A stretch of 29,740 nt of DNA, taken from the IMG/VR virus record IMGVR_UViG_3300042319_001124; one strand, written 5' to 3'. The notes beneath the pieces are model-generated. The model searched no databases. It saw only the letters and a list, made by a program, of their open reading frames with translations, and had not been told where the DNA came from. Numbering within the stretch: position 1 is the stretch's first letter; each line of letters opens with the position of its first letter. Made by a program: the position numbers and the translations under genes. Shown here piece by piece: positions 9,501 through 16,003 of this stretch. The stretch is from an uncultured virus (IMG/VR IMGVR_UViG_3300042319_001124). Lineage: Duplodnaviria > Heunggongvirae > Uroviricota > Caudoviricetes.

Positions 9501-10356
9501 CAGGATCTGGTGTAAGGAGTATACTAGTTGGTGTAATAGGAGCTGTTGTTGCAAATAAACAAGATGAACTATCTTCTATATAAAATACAGAAATACCAGT
9601 CCAATCTCCTGATGTAGGAGCTATTGTAACTGTTGTTCCTGATATACTTGTTATTGTTGCAGCTGCAGTGCTTCCTTCTGGAGATATATATCCCTTAATT
9701 ACATCTCCTACAGACAGTGTTGGAAAAGGATTACATTTTCTATCTGTACTAATAAATCCAGATGTACTATCTACACCATTACTAAATGTTCCTTCAGGAT
9801 TAGCAGGACTTGGTGGTATAGGACCTGTTCCTCCTGTTATTTGAAGAAATGCTGGACATCCTTTAAAAGTAATGTATTGATAATGTATAACTCCTGTATA
9901 TGTAGGAAAAGGAGAAACATCACTTGTAAATGTTACAATGTCACCTTCAGCAAAAATAGAACAGTCTTTTATTCTAATAGGATAGACTGTAGCACCTTCA
10001 ACATAATCAAAAGAAATAGTTTCTGATTCAGCATATACATTGAAACATCCCACTCCTTGATCAGTTGTAATACACAAAGCACTTGTTGCTTGTTCTCCTC
10101 TCTGCACTTCATTATCAAAATTAGGAAGTCCCTTTTCAACAAGAACATATAAAGGATCTGTACCAGAGTTTGGTCTATCAGTAATGTTATAATAACAATC
10201 TGCAATAGTACCATTATCAATAGCAGCAATAAATTCTTCCCAAGTAATGTCTGTAAAAGTAATACACCCTTCAGATGAAGTGTTAGTAATTTTACAACAA
10301 AGACCTTTGTATTTTCTCTCAAGACTATTAAGTCTTTCTTGAATCGATTTTGGCAT
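6556..10356 (-). CDS. Large mosaic tail fibre/adhesin with 7 Gloeo_Verruco-type beta-propeller repeats and an Asn-rich C-terminal beta-solenoid
   Basis: 1266 aa. Seven repeats of the form L...G.LYGT....G....G.(I/L)F.(Y/F) at ~8360-9450. LVPGAFYHIMD motif resembles Bacteroidota-phage fibre modules. C-terminus has N-x-F-x-N repeats and ends YINNSGTLTV. Confidence 0.7.
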   Translation of the reverse strand: MPKSIQERLNSLERKYKGLCCKITNTSSEGCITFTDITWEEFIAAIDNGTIADCYYNITDRPNSGTDPLYVLVEKGLPNFDNEVQRGEQATSALCITTDQGVGCFNVYAESETISFDYVEGATVYPIRIKDCSIFAEGDIVTFTSDVSPFPTYTGVIHYQYITFKGCPAFLQITGGTGPIPPSPANPEGTFSNGVDSTSGFISTDRKCNPFPTLSVGDVIKGYISPEGSTAAATITSISGTTVTIAPTSGDWTGISVFYIEDSSSCLFATTAPITPTSILLTPDPVCFDFNNLLGRGVYLNTLMQATDGLIYGTLQSHPKYDGQLFSMDPVTEQVKILFNFDDSTTYGNTPSSGLVEIAGELYGTCSNGGSSMGLNPGTIWKWNIATNTFTVLYSMNPSTEGGNPSGTLLYTGGKLYGTCQYSGANDAGTLFEFDPIANTYTVLLQMDDNESIINPLGPLTEVIPGELWGTSLRGGTANSGTVFKYTLSTGNDEIVVNIDDVSIYGASGGVMLASDGNVYFNTIQGGDNNWGTICQITDISTSPSLNVVYSFDADYGYGDAVCPVEIAGNLYGCTNASYDETDSCTPPVGSIYKYDLSVGIFTTLHTFNVPSDGGSPYLGQLLPLGDVLYGMTNQVRLPEGCSQDQYGQIFKYNITTDLYTNIQALGAPVSTTAEVAETICASIVDPGYTCTTVGGCLFVSGTQFGNEAGQTLVVRTIVTFQGNLQECTAPVPGDIIYDSITGNLIGTVLSFIAGLPYTMEVELDDNANPGYDSTPTDVYIQGEGCVFNAEGVTGTVLDYTVQPFEGGKEPVNRPCYYNATYDVITDYPLSQPHTKAQIDYLVSNNLLVPGAFYHIMDVDLFLYGGTEIVIQANSVHTFNDTAMGLFYNPRYDKDVVGFGIWNEAGEYEQGDTAIWGGLVVTYTGNDSIGNPSSYNLTYDKWTFPGKFKVFVDDVSLFTAGEIVYDPNNTNLSMLVTEVGVDYIIVSCPPLFLSFATEISNSDDETANITSIELHEAFYSDLIYNAVWDEITYDYAHDFISSRKDNAGNVVEQTWSIDYNQPISRSIPGFQWGNEYTSIDEDNVGMYANKITNSHVDVINFRGRYFIHNVFDNSSFAGNNLNGRIAFQHNIITHSQIITCNFIEGTNGYFSKNYFNNSILSLSEFNQGSFFNNTLNNSSINNLILDGLAFNDNALKSSLVSLSASSLSGSIALTNFDYVTLIEDISLATRIYEITYTKDVVTGRNGTNYIKYINNSGTLTVTVVTS

Positions 10357-10358
10357 GA

Positions 10359-10832
10359 TTATTCAGTTTTAATTATATATTCTTTTCCTTGTTTAATAGC
10401 ATTATGTATTGCTCTTTTATTACCTCTGGTTAAGATAAAATTATAGAACAGTTTGTTTTCTATTGGCACTCTGTTTTTAGACCAGTGAAGCTTGTATACA
10501 ACCCCATCAGTTTCTTCATTAAGACAGTAGACAATCTTTTTTGTCGCCTTAGCTTCAGGATTTCTATCCCAAAGTTTCTTAGTTTCTTTCCAATTAGGAG
10601 GCAACATAGGAACACCATCTTTATTAAATCTTAGTTTCTTTTTTACCCCTTGTATAAATAAGGTTCCCATTCTTGCAGGAAGAGTTACCTCTTCTCCTTC
10701 AACTACCTTATTCATAAGAAATTCCATATACCCATTGGCTATGGAAATAAACTCTTTTGTCTCTGCAGGTTTTTCAACTTCTTGGAAATACCTTTTGAAA
10801 GAACTCCTAATGTTTAAATCTGTTTTTTGCAT
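10359..10832 (-). CDS. crAss-like IHF/HU-related DNA-binding protein
   Basis: 157 aa, basic. FLMNKVVEGEEVTLPARMGTLFI is HU/IHF-like and is followed by NWKETKKLW and VYCLNEETDG, as in the conserved crAss-like IHF-type gene. Confidence 0.7.
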   Translation of the reverse strand: MQKTDLNIRSSFKRYFQEVEKPAETKEFISIANGYMEFLMNKVVEGEEVTLPARMGTLFIQGVKKKLRFNKDGVPMLPPNWKETKKLWDRNPEAKATKKIVYCLNEETDGVVYKLHWSKNRVPIENKLFYNFILTRGNKRAIHNAIKQGKEYIIKTE

Positions 10833-11533
10833 TATCTACCTTCAGGTCTTTGTATGTCTCTAGAGTCATTAGATGTATCTTCTTTTCTTTGTCCAAAGAT
10901 ACCTATAATCTCTTGTACACATATATCAATTAGTGGTTCAATTAAATCTCCATCAATAGCAAATTCATGGTCATAAGCAGCTACACAGTCTGTACAGTTT
11001 TGACAGTCATCACATAGTGAAGGAAAGTGCATTGCTACTAAAGGATCCTCAGCAAGTAACTTAATCTTTACTACTCCTGGAGATTTCTTTATAGGAAAAT
11101 ATAAATAACCATTCTCAAATAGATACTTAGGTTTAACTCCTGTGTATTTATTACCTTTTAAATAAAGTACACCTTGTCTTGAAGTTTCTTCTATTCTCAT
11201 TCCACTTTCTACAGACATAACAAAGTCAATGTAATGTCTATTAGAATCTGTCATTACTCTAGGTATCTGATGTTTAGTTCTGTATATATCACAACCTAAA
11301 TCTCCTAAACAAGAACACTCATGATTAGGTACTTTGATTAGTTCTACACAAGGTAATACTGAATAGTTCCAATCACTTATTCTTTGTTTCTTTTTAAGTT
11401 GTTGTGCAAGGAGTTGCATTCTAACTGACAAGACTTTGTTATAGACATGTCTGTCAGATAACCTAGACTCATCACTAGATACTCCTTTAGAGTAAAGAGA
11501 TTGTATTCTTTCTATAACTTCTCTTACAAACAT
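10832..11533 (-). CDS. crAss-like tail ring / structural protein
   Basis: 233 aa. GVSSDESRLSDRHV, LPCVELIKV, YLFENGYLYF, AEDP and FAIDGDLIEPL resemble the ring-type gene that precedes the IHF-like gene in crAss-like phages. Contains CDDCQNCTDC. Confidence 0.65.
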   Translation of the reverse strand: MFVREVIERIQSLYSKGVSSDESRLSDRHVYNKVLSVRMQLLAQQLKKKQRISDWNYSVLPCVELIKVPNHECSCLGDLGCDIYRTKHQIPRVMTDSNRHYIDFVMSVESGMRIEETSRQGVLYLKGNKYTGVKPKYLFENGYLYFPIKKSPGVVKIKLLAEDPLVAMHFPSLCDDCQNCTDCVAAYDHEFAIDGDLIEPLIDICVQEIIGIFGQRKEDTSNDSRDIQRPEGR

Positions 11534-11534
11534 C

Positions 11535-11924
11535 TTAGTAGATTTTGAAAATTACATTATCTTTTGTAGCAACATTTAAAATATAAAATTCTATATCCAT
11601 ATATTTTTCTATTGCTTTTTCTTCTACTACTTTCTTTTCTTTTGATTCATCTGGATTTAGTCTTCCTTTAGGGTTTACATTATAAATGACTACTTTAGGA
11701 TACTCTCCTTCTTTAAAAAAAGCAGTAGCTTGTTTAACAGTCCAACCTGTAAGTTTTCTAAGATGAGTTACAGTAGCAGTCTGTGTACCTGGAGTAACTA
11801 AAACTAAATCTAGTTGTTTTCCAATACCTTGTTTTTGAGCTAATTTCTTAGCATCACTAGAAAAGAAAATACTAAAGGCAGAACCTAATGCTTTCTTAAA
11901 TCTTTTTAGTTCAATGAGTTTCAT
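11535..11924 (-). CDS. Hypothetical protein with a diverged ribosomal protein bL12 C-terminal-domain-like segment
   Basis: LDLVLVTPGTQTATVTHLRKLTGWTVKQATAFF..PKVVIYNV aligns by eye with the bL12 CTD pattern FDVIL..AG..K..VIK.VR..TGLGLKEAK.LVE..P..LKEGV. Confidence 0.5.
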   Translation of the reverse strand: MKLIELKRFKKALGSAFSIFFSSDAKKLAQKQGIGKQLDLVLVTPGTQTATVTHLRKLTGWTVKQATAFFKEGEYPKVVIYNVNPKGRLNPDESKEKKVVEEKAIEKYMDIEFYILNVATKDNVIFKIY

Positions 11925-11930
11925 AGTATA

Positions 11931-12620
11931 TTATTTTAATAAATTTCTTACGTCTTCAGTATCTATAAGTGTATAATTTCCATCTAATCCAAGCCATATA
12001 ATAACTCTTCTTCCTACTTGTACTCCTACTTGTTCTAAGAGTATTTGGTAATAAGAAAGCTGAATTACATAATGATTTAAAGGACAATCCAATAGGTGAC
12101 TAAATACACCTGTCATTGTCTTACCTTTAAAATTCTTATACAAGTCTTTATTTGTCTTGTAGTCAGCTATTATATAGGTTTGTGTTTTTGTATCAAATAG
12201 GATGATGTCTGCTGTACCTGCATAGAGTTCTTTAAAGTGGTACATCCTAAGTTCTGCAGCTACTGGAATGATGTGTTCTGGAACTTCTTGCCAGAACTTT
12301 ACAATAGCTTCTTCTTGAGGACAAGAAGGTTTGAGGCTTCTGTCAAATTGATAAAGTTCACCAAAAGAGTGTACTCTGTGACCTCTCTCAATAGACTCTT
12401 TGTTTATGTCTAACCAATCCTGAAGTATCATAGTTTGAGGCACTCCTGTTCTCTGAGATACCTTTGCACTTACTTCATGTGCATTAAACTTTTCATAATA
12501 CTGAGAAATCAATCCTGATACTGATATCTTTATTGGTTCCTCTTCTACAAAGTACTTATGTTCTTTCTCTTCAAAACTTAAAGTACTGAATGGCTGTTTA
12601 ATTCTATTCAATAATTCCAT
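11931..12620 (-). CDS. PD-(D/E)XK family nuclease (exonuclease-like)
   Basis: SVSGLI, RGHRVH, AELRM, YAGTADII, IADYKT and YVIQLSYY give the complete PD-(D/E)XK / RecB-like nuclease motif set. Confidence 0.85.
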   Translation of the reverse strand: MELLNRIKQPFSTLSFEEKEHKYFVEEEPIKISVSGLISQYYEKFNAHEVSAKVSQRTGVPQTMILQDWLDINKESIERGHRVHSFGELYQFDRSLKPSCPQEEAIVKFWQEVPEHIIPVAAELRMYHFKELYAGTADIILFDTKTQTYIIADYKTNKDLYKNFKGKTMTGVFSHLLDCPLNHYVIQLSYYQILLEQVGVQVGRRVIIWLGLDGNYTLIDTEDVRNLLK

Positions 12621-12624
12621 ACTA

Positions 12625-12632
12625 CAAATATA
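12625..12632 (-). promoter_or_regulatory. Bacteroidota-type -7 promoter element (TATATTTG)
   Basis: Exact TAnnTTTG match in a 24-nt intergenic gap, 4 nt upstream of the nuclease ATG. Confidence 0.65.
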
Positions 12633-12644
12633 TGGAATTTTTTA

Positions 12645-13190
12645 TTACACGTCTTTTTGAAGTCTAGAAATTAGTCTTTTAACTCCTGTTACCGTGTTTG
12701 TAAATTTCTTTACTATATCATACCCCATTCTTTTAAAGTTTTCAAATACAATAGAGTAAAACTCTATAGCACAACAAAAACCTACAAAGATTAATGTGAT
12801 AGTCATGTCTTCATCACTAATAGTATCTATCTTAAAAGTCTTAATAAAAAATACTTTCTCTATACCATAAATACTTAAGATAGCACTAGCATAAGTAAAA
12901 GCTTTTATAGCAGATAACTTTAGTTTGTCAGAAGATATTAATGATGTTTCTTTTAGTTTTGGATTTTCTTTTTCTGCCTGTTTCTTTTCTCTCCAAGAAG
13001 CTAAAATTCCTGTAATGAAGTCAAGTATAAAAAATAAAAACAGAAGCAATATAGCCTTCTGTACTGAAGAAAAAATAGATAATGTTACAACAGTTCCTCC
13101 TGCTACAGCAGTTACAGGACTTGAGGTCATTGTTTTTAAACTAATTCCTAGTTTAATAAAGTACTTAGAATAAAGAGATAGCCATTCCAT
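12645..13190 (-). CDS. Phage holin (Phage_holin_4-like)
   Basis: LLFLFFILDFITGILAS, S..L..S..K and IEFYSIVFENFKRMG match the DxxTG / ExxSIxEN..G holin pattern, with about 3 TM segments. Start placed at ATG 13190 (MEWL...); the ORF track start at 13235 is an alternative. Confidence 0.75.
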   Translation of the reverse strand: MEWLSLYSKYFIKLGISLKTMTSSPVTAVAGGTVVTLSIFSSVQKAILLLFLFFILDFITGILASWREKKQAEKENPKLKETSLISSDKLKLSAIKAFTYASAILSIYGIEKVFFIKTFKIDTISDEDMTITLIFVGFCCAIEFYSIVFENFKRMGYDIVKKFTNTVTGVKRLISRLQKDV

Positions 13191-13255
13191 GGTGCAATAT
13201 TTTAATAAAAGGTGTATATATAAAAGCTGATTCATAATCCTAAGATTTAAATAAA

Positions 13256-13393
13256 TTACTTCCCTTGACCTCTGTAAGCTTTCTTATAACTTTTAGAGTT
13301 CTTCATAGAAGATGTCTTACTTTTTGCGTGTACTCCAGGTCTACTTACTTTAGGTCTTGGAGTAAATGTTGTTGAGTTTGCTTTAACTGCCAT
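13256..13393 (-). CDS. Small basic protein (45 aa), not in ORF track
   Basis: MAVKANSTTFTPRPKVSRPGVHAKSKTSSMKNSKSYKKAYRGQGK*. The ATG overlaps the upstream stop (TAATG) and the ORF fills an otherwise empty gap. Confidence 0.75.
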   Translation of the reverse strand: MAVKANSTTFTPRPKVSRPGVHAKSKTSSMKNSKSYKKAYRGQGK

Positions 13394-14634
13394 TAGTATA
13401 TCTTGTTTAAAATTAACTGATGTGAGTGTATGCTATTAGCTACATTATTAGTTAACCAAGTAGCTGTAACACTCAATGTATTAGTAATAGTCGTATCAAA
13501 ATTTATAGACTCATTGTAGTCAAAAGCTTGTCCTTCAAAAGCATTACTAGAGTTTTTATTATAAATGAATTTGCCATTAGTTTGTAAATGAGCTACTCCT
13601 GCTATACCAAGATTTCTAACAGTAAAATCTGCTGTTAATTCCCAGTTTTTATCTGTAGTAGTAGGTAAGATTATAGTATCTGTTGTACCTATTATAACTC
13701 CATCAGATTTTAACTGTATAACTAATTGAGCATTATTTGCATTGCTAATTTTACCTGAAACTTTTAAATGAAAACTGTCTCCTACCTGAAAAGAATTAGG
13801 AGGTACAGTTAAAGTACCTACTCCTGTACCAATTAGACTTCCTTCTGTAAGTCCTGTAATATAAGCAGACTCTGCAGTTTGACAATATAAACCATAGTTT
13901 TGAGTACTAGAAACAAAAGGAATATCAGAAAGATAAGCAACTACTCCTGAAGCATCTTGAAAAGTAGCAGTCCTATTTCCTGTAAGACTAGCAGTAGAGA
14001 TATTATAAGTATAAATACCTTTGAAGAATCTAATTACTCCATAACCTATATTAGCTATGTCTACTCCTGTTTTATCTCTAAACCAAAATTTAAAGTTATT
14101 TGCAAAGATTCTTGCAAATCCAGGAGTAATTGAAAGAGGTTGAAAATTATCATATAATCCTATTGACTCTACATTAACTTCTTTATCTTCTGCAGTATCT
14201 CCTGCAGTTAAAACAGATTCTAAATCTTGATCTAAAGGTAAATCATTTAGAGTTGCATAAGGACTACTACCATCTTCTCCTTCATTAAGAAATGCAGAAG
14301 TTGAATAAGGTTTATTTCTTAATACAGCTCTACCTGAAGTTGCATTCCAATCAGTTGGTTCTTCTTGTAGTAAATGACCTGCACCAAGAGGTTTCCAATA
14401 AAGAACATTACTTACTGGTAATCCATCATTATTAGCAATACACTCAAATACATTTCCTTGATACCAAACTAAGTCTCCTATCTTATATTGATTGTATGTA
14501 CTTAGACTATGATTACTAGACCATTCTGTAGCAGTTAATGGTACTTCTAGAGCAGACTTATTAAGTAGACATCTTACATTATAGTAAAGCCATTGAATGT
14601 CTTTTTTTATTCTATCTATTTCTAGTAGTGCCAT
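13393..14634 (-). CDS. Fibre-like structural protein (CBM5/12-like module, C-terminal beta-sandwich)
   Basis: 413 aa. N-terminal helix, YKIGDLVWYQGNVFECI...YW small carbohydrate-binding-like module, DWNATSGRAVLRNKP and RTATFQDASGVVAYLSDI fibre motifs, and a Thr/Asn-rich beta C-terminus. Confidence 0.65.
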   Translation of the reverse strand: MALLEIDRIKKDIQWLYYNVRCLLNKSALEVPLTATEWSSNHSLSTYNQYKIGDLVWYQGNVFECIANNDGLPVSNVLYWKPLGAGHLLQEEPTDWNATSGRAVLRNKPYSTSAFLNEGEDGSSPYATLNDLPLDQDLESVLTAGDTAEDKEVNVESIGLYDNFQPLSITPGFARIFANNFKFWFRDKTGVDIANIGYGVIRFFKGIYTYNISTASLTGNRTATFQDASGVVAYLSDIPFVSSTQNYGLYCQTAESAYITGLTEGSLIGTGVGTLTVPPNSFQVGDSFHLKVSGKISNANNAQLVIQLKSDGVIIGTTDTIILPTTTDKNWELTADFTVRNLGIAGVAHLQTNGKFIYNKNSSNAFEGQAFDYNESINFDTTITNTLSVTATWLTNNVANSIHSHQLILNKIY

Positions 14635-14649
14635 AAGATTATTTATTTA

Positions 14650-15972
14650 CTAATTATAAACTCTTAATTCAACATAGACTTCTCCACCAAATCCAAGTGC
14701 TTGAAGACCAGCAAGATTACGACCTCTTAAATACATAGTATTAGCAGCTGTTCTTTCAGGATAAAACATATAAAATGCTGGTCCAGCTAGATAATTAGAT
14801 GCAGAAATATATGTATTTGTATTAGTCATTATAGAGTCACCTAATAATATTTTTAAATCAGTACCATCAGTAGTTAAAGATACAGTAGTATTTAATGTAT
14901 TTTTTATTACTTGAACTGTTGATGTAAGTCCAGTAGTAACTCTTGCTACAAAAGATCCGTATTCTAATTTAGAACTTACATATTCACATAACCAACTACC
15001 AGTTTGATCTACATTTGTAAAAACATATTCTTGACTTGGAAGTATGACAACTTCTGTTAAAGAACTTCCATCAGCTCCATTATAATAAATTTGTCCACCT
15101 AAAACATTACCAGTAACAGCAAAGTTATATGCTCCTGCATTTGAAACAGATATTCTTGTACCAATAGGACTACTTACATCTAAAGTAACTCTTCTTAAAC
15201 TTGGACCAAAATTATTTGTTACATAGTTTACTGTATAAGGAAGTACTGTGTAAGGAAAACTAATAGATGAAATTGTAAATCCAAAACTACCAGAATCAGC
15301 AGCAGGACCAGGAACTCCTTGTAAACCTTGTATACCCTGAATTCCTTGGATACCTTGTAAACCTTGTATTCCTTGTATTCCAGGAGCACCTGTAGATCCT
15401 GTTGCACCTGTGGATCCTTTAGCAGCTAATACTGACCATTTTAATGGTGTTATAGCAGGATTAGTTATTAAAGTACTATTAGAAATACAGATATAAGAAG
15501 TCCCATTAAAAGAGACTGCATCATCAATAAGATAAGATATACTAGAAACCCAAGTACCTCTCCAAGTTAAACCTTTTGCTCCAGTAGCCCCTGTAAGACC
15601 TTGTACCCCTTGAGGTCCCATAGGACCAACAGCTCCTTGATTTGCAAGTAATCCCCAACAAGAAGTATTATCATAAGGTGTTTCACATTCTGATCCGTCA
15701 GTAGTTTCACAAGTAACAAAGTAAGAAGAACCATCAAAACTTACAGCATCATTTTCACTGTAAACTACACAAGGAACAAAAGTACCTTGCCAATTTAAAC
15801 CAGTGGGTCCTACAGGACCTGGCACACCTTGTGGGCCTTGAGGACCTTGGACACCATCTATACCATCTTCTCCTGGATTTCCTTGAGGACCTGTAAAAAC
15901 ACTATTATCACAACAAAGAGCTCTGTTAAGTATTTTTTCTAATTTTGATATTCTTTCTTCTATTCCTGCCAT
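14650..15972 (-). CDS. Collagen-like fibre protein
   Basis: 440 aa. Three Gly-X-Y tracts separated by two copies of GL.W.GT(F/W)....Y...DAVSF.G.SY...W..LA..G, then a beta-rich C-terminus. Confidence 0.8.
   Translation of the reverse strand: MAGIEERISKLEKILNRALCCDNSVFTGPQGNPGEDGIDGVQGPQGPQGVPGPVGPTGLNWQGTFVPCVVYSENDAVSFDGSSYFVTCETTDGSECETPYDNTSCWGLLANQGAVGPMGPQGVQGLTGATGAKGLTWRGTWVSSISYLIDDAVSFNGTSYICISNSTLITNPAITPLKWSVLAAKGSTGATGSTGAPGIQGIQGLQGIQGIQGIQGLQGVPGPAADSGSFGFTISSISFPYTVLPYTVNYVTNNFGPSLRRVTLDVSSPIGTRISVSNAGAYNFAVTGNVLGGQIYYNGADGSSLTEVVILPSQEYVFTNVDQTGSWLCEYVSSKLEYGSFVARVTTGLTSTVQVIKNTLNTTVSLTTDGTDLKILLGDSIMTNTNTYISASNYLAGPAFYMFYPERTAANTMYLRGRNLAGLQALGFGGEVYVELRVYN
15317..15381. repeat. 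9-bp-period tandem repeat encoding G(I/L)Q collagen triplets
   Basis: ccttgtaaa / ccttgtata / ccctgaatt / ccttggata / ccttgtaaa / ccttgtatt / ccttgtatt on the + strand. Confidence 0.8.
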
Positions 15973-16003
15973 GGTTATATGTATTTACAATGTCAATGTT
16001 ATT

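Noticed and set aside
9969..10322. 117-aa minus-strand ORF with Leu-rich pseudo-TM segments
   Set aside because: Alternate frame within the 1266-aa fibre gene, with no independent start signal.
15317..15381. CRISPR-like or non-coding repeat array
   Set aside because: 9-bp period, in frame, explained by collagen triplets; no spacers.
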